Shown piece by piece: positions 36,466 through 48,848 of a stretch of 64,000 bases of DNA. Within the stretch, counting starts at the first letter, position 1. Each line of letters starts with the position of its first letter. This stretch comes from Ostrea edulis (lineage: Eukaryota), in assembly GCF_947568905.1 (NCBI RefSeq), contig NC_079166.1, positions 84,630,001 through 84,694,000 on the forward strand. The letters are read 5' to 3'. The position numbers were made by a program, and so were the translations under genes. The notes below the pieces were generated by a model that had not been told where the DNA came from, searched no databases, and worked only from the letters and a program-made list of their open reading frames with translations.

Positions 36466-36857
36466 ATGAACAAACATGTACATTACATCCACCTACGGTT
36501 GTAAAGGTCGTTTGAAGAATATGCATATAACCAATAAAGTTTAAAAAAATGACTTTGGTCACCTTCTCGAGTTTCCAAATTTTTTTAAAAATGCACAAAT
36601 AAGTAATTTATTACAAATAGGTGTTCTCAGAACAAGGTATGGCCCTAAGAAGGTGACGTCTTTACATTACTGCACATTTTGCACGATCATGTCTTTCATT
36701 CCATACACTTTAATTACACGATCCTCCGAAAATTGATATTAAGCTCCCTTGAATACATAATTTTGATCTTTATTATGGATATTATTTTTCGAATGTTGTG
36801 AGATGATAAGTGCGCGTCAGTGAGTGACATAGAAGAAAATCATCAGGATATAAATGG

Positions 36858-38864
36858 AACAAGAGGCCCATGGGCCACATTGCTCACCTGAGTCACATTG
36901 GTCCATATCAGAAGGCTTTCTATATAAATTTGCATGTAAAACCGTAGTCCTTATTATGGCCCCAACCTACCCCTGGAGGCAATAGTTTTTGCAAACCTGA
37001 ATCTACACTATGTCAGAAAACTTTCATGTAAATGTGAACTTCTTTGGCCCAATGGTTCACGAGAAGAAGATATTTGAAGATTTTTCCTATATATTTGTAT
37101 GTAAAACTTTGATCCCCCCCCCCCCCCTTGTGGCCCCACCCTACATCCAGGGGCCATGATTTGTACAAACTTGAATCTGCACTATATCAGAAAGCTTTCT
37201 TGTAAATATCAGCTTTTCTGGCTCAGTGGTTCTTGAGAAGAAGATTTTTTAAAAAAAAATGTCCTATACATTTGTATGTAAAACTTTGATCCCCTATTGT
37301 GGCTCCATCTTACAACAGGGGGCAATGCTTTGAACAAACTTAACTCTGCTCTATGTTAGGAAGCTGTTCATGTCAATATCAGCTTTTCTGGCTCAGTGGT
37401 TCTTGAGAAGAAGATCTTTAGAGATTTTTCCTATATATTTGTATGTAAAATTTTGATCCCCTATTGTGGCCCCATCCTACAACAGGTGGCCATAATTTGA
37501 ACAAACTTAATTCTGCTCTATGTTAGGAAGCTGTTCATGTCAATATCAGCTTTTCTGGCTCAGTGGTTCTTGAGAAGAAGATTTTAAAAGATGGTCTCTA
37601 TATATTTGTATGTAAAACTTTGAACCCCTATTGTGGCCCTATCCTACCCCCAGGGGCCATGATTTGAACAAACTTGAATCTGCACTATGTCAGAAAGCTT
37701 TCATGTAAATATCAGCTTTTCTGGCTCAGTGGTTCTTGAGAAGAAGATTTTTAAAGATTGTTCCTATATATTTGTATGTAAAATTTTGATCCCCTATTGT
37801 GGCTCCATCCAACCCCCGGGGGCCAGTATTTTAACATTTTAGAATGTCTACTATATCAGGAAGCTTTCCTATAAATCTCAGCTTTTCTGGCTTAGTGGTT
37901 CTTGAGAAGAAGATTTTTAAAGATTTTTGCTATATATTTGTATGTAAAACTTTGACCCCCCCCCCCCTTGTGGCCCACTCCGACCCCCGGGGGCCAATAT
38001 TTTAACAATTTCGAATCTGCACTATATCAGGAAACTTTCATGTAAATATCAGCTTTTCTGGCTCAGTGGTTCTTGAGAAGATGATTTTTAAATATTTTTC
38101 CTATATATTTGTATGTAAAACTTTGATCCCCTATTATGACCCCATCCGACTCCCGGGGGCCAGGATTTTAACAATTTAGAATTTGCACTATATCAGGAAG
38201 CTCTCATATAAATCTCAGCTTTTCTGGCTCAGTTGTTCTTGAGAAGAAGAATTATAAATATGTTTCCGATATATTTGTATATAAAACTTTGATCCCTTAT
38301 TGTGGCCCCATCTGACCCCCGGGGGCCAGGATTTTAACAATTTAGAATCTGCTCTATATCAGGAAGCTTTCATGTAAATTTCAGCTTTTCTGGCTCAGTG
38401 GTTCTTGAGAAGAAGATTTTTAAATATTTTTCCTATATATTTGTATGTAAAACTTTGATCCCTTATTGTGGCCCCATCCGACCCCCGGGGGCCATGATTT
38501 TAACAATTTAGAATCTGCACTACCTAATTGAGCTTATCTATAAATTTAATTTTTTCTAGCCCAGTGGTTCTTGAGAAGAAGATTTTTTAATGACCCTACC
38601 CTATTTTTACCTTTTCTTGATGCTCTCCCCTTGGAAGGTGGCCTGGCCCTTTATTTTAACAATTTAGAATTCCCTTTACCTAAGGATGCTTTATTCCAAC
38701 TTTGGTTGAAATTGGCCTAGTGGTTTTTAAGAAGAAGTCAAAAATGTTTAAAGTTTACAGATGGACAGACGGACGGACAGACAGACGGACGGACAGACGG
38801 ACGGACGGCGGAATACGGGTGATCAGAAAAGCTCACTTGAACTTTTAGCCCAGGTGAGCTAAAA
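36858..38864 (+). mobile_element. Helentron-type non-autonomous element (HINE) with ~10 Cg170-like ~167-bp satellite monomers
   Basis: 5' box aacaagaggcccatgggccac...gctcacctgag, tandem array with AAGCTT, (GACG/GACA)n, 3' hairpin gctcacttga...caggtgagc-taaaa. Confidence 0.85.
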
Positions 38865-38909
38865 TACCAAATAACAAAAGAAAACGCAGTTACTATCTAC
38901 TTAGATATT

Positions 38910-39052
38910 TCGGTCAACAGGGGATGCTTACTCCTCCTAGGCACCTGATCCCACCTCTGGTGTTGTCCAGGGGTCCGTGTTTGCCCAACTATCTATTTTG
39001 CATTGCTTGTAGGAGTTTTGAGATTGATCACTGTTCGTTATCTTCACCTTGC
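38910..39052 (+). mobile_element. 3'-tail fragment of the Penelope-like family
   Basis: Same tail motif. Further fragments at ~49545-49633, 51795-51922, 52352-52434, 52915-53092 (+) and 40295-40690 (-). Confidence 0.8.
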
Positions 39053-42000
39053 ATTATCAGGTTTTCTACATTCACATTCTAATAGAGAAGAAGACTTTTT
39101 AAATTTTTGTACATTAATTTCCAAATTAAGAAAAAAAAATTTTTCATCATACATTCAAGGCAAATACATCAATTATCCCGCTGATCAAATTTAGAAATGT
39201 AAACGTACGGTTTAAAACCCAAATTATCGAGATTGGGTAAATGCAATTTTCCAAATTCTTCGACTGACATCAAAAATGAAATTTATATTTTCACAGGATG
39301 ATGTCATTGATATTTGTTCGTGTTTTAACACCTCTATAACTTTCAACGTACTTGCCTAGTTATACATTTTACAAATTAATTATTCTATTGTAAATTGAGT
39401 AATTCTCATAAGTTCTTTTTTTATTTTCAATGATATCAATGTGGATTTTTGCAGAAGATCTGACATAAATAACAACACAAACCATGAAGGATGAACCAGT
39501 TACATTTAAGTTTTATTACAAGCAGTCCTTACATACATTTAAAGTCCTTCATTCTAGATCAGCTAGCCCGTAAATGGACGTGTCAAACTGATAAAGTCTG
39601 ACAATCATATCAAGAGGATTATGTAAGAAAAAGGTTATAAAAGCAGACAGGAGGCGAACGAGAACTAAAAAACCTCATTTTAAAGCAAGATAATATACAG
39701 AGAAACTCATACACAATCCAACATTCTTAAGATCTGATTTTAAAACACACTTGCGTTATCTTTAGAGATAAAGGCCTATATTGCATTATTGTATTTTTCG
39801 AAGGCAACAGCATAATGTCATACGATAATGTGATGATAACGAACGTAATTAATCCCATCCATTTTAAAAATGATGCTAAATCTAAAGTAAGGCACGGATC
39901 CGTGGAAAGAAAATGGTAACGTCAGGACCCTAGAAGAATTATCCTCGTTTAATTGACCACACCCACCGTGTTTATTGGTTTCCTAAAAAAAAACCAGACA
40001 AATCCGAGTTCAAAACTAGTATGTAAAGATGATCAAAAACATGATACAACGTCCAAAGAAAGAACATATTTAATTGGCAAACACCATCATTACAAAGACC
40101 ATAAAAACTGAAGTGTGGACTCTAATCAAGACCGTTAAAACCCTGGCAACATCATCATATCGGGGAATTGTCAGTCGTCGAAATCGGTTTGAAAAAAACA
40201 TTTCATTTCATGACTTAAACTAGAATAACATTTTTTCGTAGATGAACATATGATGTATCTTGGAAAGTGCATCAGTTTATTGAAATTGGTAAACACATTT
40301 AAGAAGGTTAAGATATCCAGCAGTGGTCGGTCCCATAACTCCTATTAGTAATAAAATTAGAGAATCGGGTAAACGAGGACCCCCGTATATACAAGAGTGG
40401 GAATCAGATGCCTACGAGAAGTAAATATCCCTTGTTGATTAGTCACACTCATCGTGAAGCCTATTCTTACTCAGGAAATGGAGTAACCCATACTCAGAAT
40501 CAGTGTATCAAGAATGGCCAAATATTGGTATGAAACACCTCAGACAACACATGACCCAATGACAGTTGGATTGACAGACTGAATCGTTATAATGACCATA
40601 GAAATTAAGAAATGCTGAAATGCTGATTTTAAGGAAGACTGTTAAAACTCCTATAACATCAACTTGTTTGTAAGTAGCTGATCTTGATTGAGAAAATGCT
40701 CATCCGTAAGGGAATGCATTAAGACTGATTGATAGTTTTACGCCCCGTCGAGAATTGCTCACTAAGACTGATCGTAAAACACCTATATGTGGACGTATGC
40801 TTATTGCTCAGGGTCGAATTAGTGATAGGTCTTTAAAGTATCAACGGCTGGCGTGAGATGGTGTCTCTCTTGTTAAGGTTATATCAGAGAGACCCGTGAC
40901 CTTCTCTTCCAAATGGCAAGCGTTTGATAAAACGCAATCACCGTTTACGTCTGAGGTTTGATACGACCAAGGTAGGAGCGGGGACTTGAACTCACGACCC
41001 CTTGTTATGAAACGAACGCACTATTACTGAGCTATCTCAAGCGGTACCATTCTAAAAAATGGCAATGTTTCATTTTTTAAAAGAGAAAATTTGACATAAT
41101 CCCGCATGCATTGATACTATTATGCAATTGAAGATAGACAATGTATGCACCATGTTGTGACTTTAAAGCACATGAGAAAGGTATTAAACAACAACAACAA
41201 CAACAACATACCATCTAGAGACTAGCTTTGGGGACGATTTTCAAAAACAAATATGTGCATGGTTTTCTGGCAAATTTACTATTAACACAATGTTCTATAT
41301 CTGCGGAAAACAAATACCCCTAAAGCTTCACCGAAATTATAAACCACTTTCAAACATCAGTAACGTGACATTGTCCACAAAGCTTGGCAAAAACAAAAGC
41401 AAAAGCAAAATGAGTATCTTGGATTAACAGAACACCCTAACACTTTTCCCAAATTATGTTACTATTATTTTCCTTGAAGTTTGAATTTCAATTCTGTTAT
41501 GATCTGTATGAAAACTCCCAATACGTTATTACATCATTTAAGTGCAAAATACCGAATTACAGGCATAGGATCATGCTCTAGTAAGCAATCCCCAAATAGC
41601 TTTGTAAATGCATATTACACGCTACGCATTCAAAAGTAAAATCCATAGATGTTTAACAACAAACAATTTATTTTTGGTATGTATCAAGGAACGGCTGACA
41701 TAAATGAAAACACACATGAAAAAGAAACAATTTGAAAATTATTTCTTTATCTATCTTTCGCAACATTTGCAGACGTGATGTAATGAAGATACAGGTGTTC
41801 AATTTATCCACTCTGTTGCAGAAAAAAAGTCGTAACCACACGAAGTATTAGCGCAAATTTTATCCAAGACTGTTAAATCATTCATTGTTTTAAATCTCTC
41901 TTCGATTTATTTCTTCTAAGTTTGTTACTGAAAAAATCCGTTTTGACCGATAATGTATTTACTGGCATTCCCCAGTGGTGAATTATACATCTCCTCAAAG

Positions 42001-43614
42001 TAATTTATTTCAATTAAATACAGGTAAATATTCCCAGAAAGATATGTTTCCCTTGAGTTTAGCGAGAAGCGGGTATATCACATGAAATATAAAACAAATA
42101 TGTCCGAACCCAGCACTATAACTAAACAACATTGATTCTAATTTCCCCACCTCTCTACAAACTCTTCATATCCTTAACATGCGATACCATAACTGTTTTA
42201 ATACTTTTTGGAAGGTGGTTCATAACACCACAGCTAAGGCGGCAATTCTCCACAATTGGTTTCTCTGGCAATAATAAGTTGTCGCTGGGATTTCAGCAAT
42301 ATTTCATAAATCTAATTTCCATCTACATGTATACCAAATATCTCTTTTTCGGAAAATAACACAAATTTAGATATCACGCATGTTGTATTCATTTTGTAAA
42401 ATCCATGTGAAAAAAGCCATACCATGTAGCGATATACCGGGTAATTTTTCTGGTGTCGCTTTCCGTGTAAAGCATCATGGTTTTTTTTTCTTGGTTTACA
42501 AATCGTGAGATCTTTATCTGATGTAGCATTGTGAGATATTGAACAACATATGTCAAAAACATCTTAATGTTTGACAGAAAATAATTGCTTTATTTCATGT
42601 TCTTATTTAGCATATGGTCGTCATTTCCCTAACATCCATAAAAAGGACTAGTTCCCTAGAAACAAACATTAAAGTTAATAATTGTATAATATCTTTAAAT
42701 GTTTGAAGACGTGTACATACATCTGTTTCCTGGATGTAGTATTTAAAACATTATATGATACTTATTTTATTACATGTACCATCCTTTGTAACGGCAAATG
42801 AGATGTCGTGTTTTTACTCATAACTACAATAGAGCAATTATGATAGAATGTGATAATCAATAGTCAGTACAGTAAAAACAGCGATGTTTCTTACATATAT
42901 CAAATGCATAATCATTGTAACATTGACAAAAGTTTAATCTCAAGGAATTTCTTTGCTAACCTTTTTTGTTGGATGGTATATTCTTACCACCTATGGGGTA
43001 CTTATTTCAGGGGTTTCGGTTGTGATGCAAAGTACTATATGACAACATAAAGATTGTCCTTCAATTCTTAGCATTTGTACGGCATGGGTTGTTTAGCACA
43101 ATCATGAATTAGCAATTACTCTTTATATCCATTTTGGATATGTAATTTAAATGGCAGTGGCCAAGACTTAGTCAAATTTAGTCACGTTACACAGGCATGA
43201 TGCATTAATGTAAAAATCCTATAGGAATATTGAGGATGCTTTGAATAACGTGTTTAATGTTGCCAGCTAGAATGGTCGTTTCTCTCTTGCTCAGATGAAA
43301 CCCGCCAGCTTCGAGAAAAAAAAAAGTGTTAGGATATATATGTAATAACATGTTGTTGTGGTTTTCAAGAACAGCTGATTTGCAATCAACAAATGTTTGT
43401 TTGATAAGAACATTGATTAACTGAGCTTTGGTGTACAAATCGTTGTTGTTGACTCTTGGAGTAGTGAGGGATATAATAACAGTGGTGGTAGGCCATTTCT
43501 GAAGAATGTGACCACACACTATATTGTATAATTTGTTGACGCTTCCGCTTCCAATGACTTTAGATCGTTCGTTAGAGCATGAAGGACAGTTTCATCAAGT
43601 GTTTAACACAATAC

Positions 43615-43856
43615 CGATGTATATTTGATTGCTGTGGTAAAATTCATTTCAAAATTAAGGATTATCTCCCTCATGCATAACTTTTATCCTTAGATGAGCT
43701 TGACGTCAGTTTTTTGGCACTCTGTTTCTCCCTAAAATAGCTCTTACAACTTTATTGATATTTCGTATTTCAAACATTTCGGTTGAGCATCACTGAAGAG
43801 ACATTTTCGAAATGCGCATCTGGTGCATCAAAATCAGTACCGTATACGTTTTACAG
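43615..43856 (+). mobile_element. Hammerhead-bearing repeat, 5'-truncated unit
   Basis: Same family as 24425-24730. Confidence 0.65.
43787..43826 (+). ncRNA. Minimal hammerhead ribozyme (copy 4, short stem II)
   Basis: GCATCA-CTGAAGA-GA cattt TC-GAAA-TGCGCA-TC|TGGTGC; perfect ATGCGCAT palindrome in stem III. Confidence 0.6.
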
Positions 43857-44097
43857 TACTTTGGAAACTTCAGCTGCCCGGGTCAAATGCGATTCGTTAA
43901 TGTCATTTACATTGGATGTGTCAATAATCAAAACATTCGGAGTTTTACATTTCTGTTAGCTGGTATGACCCGTCCTATTACTACCTGCAGTACTGGAATT
44001 TAATTGATCCTGTGGTTGTGACTTTAGATTCAAAATTTCCCCTTGATATATGTCGACTTTTTCAATAGTTTAGACAGTGGCTGTCAAATGCTGAATC

Positions 44098-44800
44098 TCA
44101 TCGTCTACCTCCTCCAATTGTTTTGACAAAAATTATAATGATGGATAGCATGCTTTTCATCTGTGTTCTGAGCTCATTATTCATTGTTTGCTCTTGTTTC
44201 GAAGCATTTTCAAATTGTGCTTTGATGATGAGATCATTTCTTTTCTCCAACTTTAGTTCATCTTGAATACACTCTACTGACATACGTAGGGAGACAATTT
44301 CGCTTGAAGTTTTTTTTTCAGTTATCTTTGGAGGCATGTCTAGTTTTTTTTTTTTTTAGAATCTTAATGCCCAAATCACCAACAGTTTTGATGATTTGTT
44401 TAGTGTTTGATGTACAGTGTAGTTTTGAGAGACATTCCGTGAGCCCTTTCTCCTGACTTGACACTTTGTCTTCAGATGCGTGATCTTTAAGTTTTTAAGT
44501 TACTGTCTTTCAGCATGTAGTCGTTCATAACTACTGCTGTTTTGTGGGGTTGAAGTTTCAGAGGATTTAGTGCTAACCGTTATTGATCGCTCTATTGATA
44601 AATTCGTCTATTTTATTTACAACTTGTTTGGGTGGTGTGAAGTCATGTTCATAGAATTTATCTTTGTTGTTGCCCTGTGCGTGAAAAATGCCGATTGGAA
44701 TGAAAAATGTGATGTTGTATAGAACAGATAATGTGTCATGGTTCGATACTTCAATAACAACGGCTGTGTCATTTCCTTCTCGTGTTTGTATTAATTATTT
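44098..44800 (-). mobile_element. Possible decayed LINE ORF1-like segment
   Basis: Coiled-coil-like ORF 44098-44337 preceded by broken frames (IGIFHAQG...FINRAINN); family not established. Confidence 0.3.
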
Positions 44801-46832
44801 TTCCTCATAAAAATCATGAAAACCCTGATCCATAGAAATATTCTCTCACGCTTTGCTCTAAATGCGATCATTCTAACGTGTTTTTGTCGTAGAGGTATGC
44901 ATTAATTTCGTCATAAAGTGCTTGTCGTACCTTGGCACCGGTTGGAGGCTTCAGTTTTTCCGAGATGCAATCAGGTAGAATTTCCTTGTAAGTTTTCTTT
45001 AGGGAAAGATTGGATGTTGACATTTTATCCACTGGAAATGACACAATGCGTTACAATCATCGGTAACATGTCATTTATGTTAGGCGTTATTTGTTTACGC
45101 CATCACAGTGCGGACCCCTAACCATACATTTTATAGGAAAATGCCAGTATCTGTGATATATATGAACATTTTTCTTTTCTATTTTTTGTAGGCGAAGTAC
45201 AAATCACACCAAAATAAAATATTGACACGGACGTATTATTTAGAAACGTAACGGGGTATAATATAATGATATCATCATTTTAAAAAAACAGTTTAATATG
45301 TCAACCAGAATTAGAACACGCGACTTGAATTACAGAACGCATAATTAACTAAAATGACCACTGTGGTAATCATCAGAGTAACTACAAAGTCTTGTTAGCT
45401 GTCACATTGTAAAGCACGGCACACGTATACAATATTCCCATACTTTCTCATTGAATTGACATTGAATACATAGGTTAACATGAAGAAAAACATGTTTTCG
45501 GTGTCTCCTTGTACCTCGAGACAATACCCAGTAACCCTGCACATTTAACCCCGGGGTACTAGATATTGCACATTTCTTTCATTAATTTTTCTCCTGCTGA
45601 AACCCTGAATTAGTTTGTCAAAAGCTCTTGACCAGCCACCCCAAAATGAATTTGCTTGAACTTCAAAATCCTAATTCCCTTGGGTGAGGTGTGAGGGCGT
45701 CTTCCATGATAAAAATGATGTTTTCTCCAATCTTTATTTTCCTAATGACGTAGGTGGTCGGTAGGGTTTTTATTTCACTAAGGAATTTCATGTATAGGTT
45801 TCAATTTTACATTCGTCTCATTTCTTTTACAACAAAAATAGTGGGATCACCCAATATATCTATATAGCAAATAATGACAACTCTCAAATAAATGTGGGGC
45901 AGGCTTTCTTCACTCTAAAACACCCTGTACCTTCCTGACATTGTTTATAAGTCATGTTTAAGTATGCAATTTTATTTGCTGATAAGTATTCAGTATACAT
46001 CATTATTATTAATTGAAAGCATTAAACAATTCCCATTTTATGTTTTGTATTGCCTCCCTTCTTATGATGAAATAATTTCCATCACCCGTGTATTTATGCA
46101 TTTTTTGTTAGAATAATTGAACTCTTCCGTTTCGAATAGAAAATATGATATTTCATCAAAAGTATGGATCGTTGGACCAACATGAAATTATTGTTAAGTA
46201 AGTTTTCAAAATAATATTAAAGACATATACTTTTCTTTCCACTTACCTTTCAATAATTGCGGTAAGCATGATGCCCCGTAATGGGATGAACTTTTAAATG
46301 CTTAAAATCCATGACACATATGTACGATTTTGTCCGATTTTCTGGCGTGTACTTATTACGAATTGTTTTTTTTTAATGCATAGAAACGTTTTGTTGCCAT
46401 TCATTTTAGGTCAGACTTTAGTTTCCATTTGATTTTGGTTGATGAAGATTATTTTTATGAATGTACAACCATGATATATTTTGAGGTAGTGGGTTATGTA
46501 ATACAAAAATCGAATATACACGAGAAGTATTCTCATCTGTCTCAATGTCGCTGTAATAAATGAGGTAAATAGCGATGTTAGAAAAAATGGCTGTAATTGG
46601 TTAGATCAATAACATAATAGTACATGGTGGGAAGCTAACAATTAAGAATTTGACTAGTTTAAATGATATCCAGTATGTTAAAACTCTTCCGCAGTCGTTC
46701 TGCTACGACGATTTCTGTTTAGAAAAAAATATGGTGTTATGTTTGGATTTTCTAACTACATGTACTTTAAGATTTGTAATATGATCAAAAAATAAGTCAG
46801 AACTATATCAATGTCGCCGTCGACAAATAAAC

Positions 46833-48848
46833 CTGGGCCCGGTTTTTCGAAAGCTGGTTAACTTTAACACAGTGTTAACTCGGTGTTAACTTCTGTTTTA
46901 AAATTAACCATGTGATTAACTGTTTTTCAAAATGCGAGTTTGTGTTAACACTGTGTTAATGTTGTGTTAACTTTAATCCACCTCCAGTACCTGTGTTAAC
47001 TCTTAACACAGTGATTAAAAATGGCCTCCGACTTCCTTTTCTGTCCACCTCATACAAAAAATCATGAAAATTTCAAAGGCTCAGACATTCTGAGATGTGT
47101 ATTGGTGCTGAACTATGACGGTGTGTTGTTTATGTTGTCATCAATTGATATATTCGTCAAATCTCATGAAATTTACCTAAGGGGAACAGCTAATGGAAAA
47201 ACTAGTACAGTTGGATGATGGTGTTACACTTTTCTGTCAGTGGCAATATCTTGCACGCATATATATATATTTTCGGCATAAACTTTCAATAAGGAGGGGG
47301 GGAGGGGGTCGCCAATAGAACTCGTATTATATTCACTTAGACTATATGAAATCCTGCAACAGGATCCATGCTTAAGATGTAATTTTACCTATTTTTTGGC
47401 TTCCAAATGTCAAAGTGCATGCAGGCCCTTAGGTCATGATGATACTCTCCATTGAAACACCAACTTTAAAAACGCTATCGTCTGCACTTGCCTTGACCTT
47501 TTGAAAATCTCTTGTATCATTTAAAACTTATTCAAATGAAGATTTGCATGTATGCAACGTACATACATGTAGTTTCTTTTTGAAAGGTTATGTAATATGA
47601 ACAGTATTCAATTCAGGCTTATACAGAATAGTTGTTAACACAAACTTAGGAAGAAGAGTTTTTTATTGTTGATATTCCAGATTAATCTCCCTCAGTAGAA
47701 ATGGAGTGGTGGATCAAGTGTTATGTTTAAAATAAAAAGAACATTGAAATAAAGGAATGCCTAAAAAGAACATAGATATAAAATGTTATAGATATGTATG
47801 TGAACACACTATCATAAGGTAAATTAATTTATCATTTTCTTCGTGGATATTTTTAACTGTTTTAGGGGGAAATAAGACTAAGAGTATAGGCCTATAATAA
47901 AAAAAGAAAAAGAAGAAAGTTTGATATTCTTAGAGATTTATAAATTTTTATAGCCTAGCATCGTCGTTAAACCCCTCACATAAATGTTGTCCAATTATGA
48001 ATCAAACACTATAGAAAACCCTTTTTTATTTCCTAGTTTAAAACATGTAGCACTTCACTTCCTTATTATGACAACATACATTTACTGTTATTTCTACATA
48101 CAATGGCTGATACCCCCATCCCCGCTTTTTCATATCATAGCACCAGTGATTGGTAGTTGAAATGTAAGCTTGAACTGAACCCGTATATTTTACTGATAAA
48201 GGATGAAACCGACCCCCCCCCCCTCCCCCATCACACAACTTAGGATTTTAGGTTCGGCCCGTACAGAACAACTCATTTTAGAGGTGTGTGTATAAAGTAT
48301 TTTGTTTTGGCTTGTCAATTATTTTCAGACAATTGTGAAGTCAACTTGTTCTACTCCCTATAAACCCCCACTTTCATAAAATATGCAATGATCCTGCTTT
48401 CTACAACATAAGCACCGTTTTTCTTAACTAGGCTTCCAAAGGCCAATTATATATCACTATATAATGCACTAATATATCTATGATTATTCAAATTGAATAG
48501 ACTAATAAATGCATTTATACAAGTATAAGTGCATGGCTCATTTTCACTGTCATGTATTTCGAAACTAACCAATGCATGAGCATTTCATCAGCTATCTCCC
48601 ACAAACAAGACTTTTATTTTCTCCTGCATTCTTATTGTTTACAAGGAAGTACATGTGCATCATGGGTAATCAAATGATTAGCAAGTGGTTAACTCGGTTA
48701 ACACAGTGTTAACTAACCAATGTGTTAAATTGCTTTCGAAAAACACAATTTAACCATTGTGTTAGCTAATCACTTCGTTAGGAGTTAACACTGCGTTAAA
48801 CTTAACCACTGTGTTAAAGTTAACCAGCTTTCGAAAAACCGTGCCCAG
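46833..48848. mobile_element. Non-autonomous TIR DNA transposon (PIF/Harbinger-like ends)
   Basis: ~42-bp near-perfect TIR CTGGGCCCGGTTTTTCGAAAGCTGGTTAACTTTAACACAGTG; subterminal GTTAAC/TAACAC repeats at both ends; no clean TSD. Confidence 0.75.

Noticed and set aside
36858-38864. CRISPR-like array
   Set aside because: Eukaryotic satellite: whole monomers repeat and there are no unique spacers.
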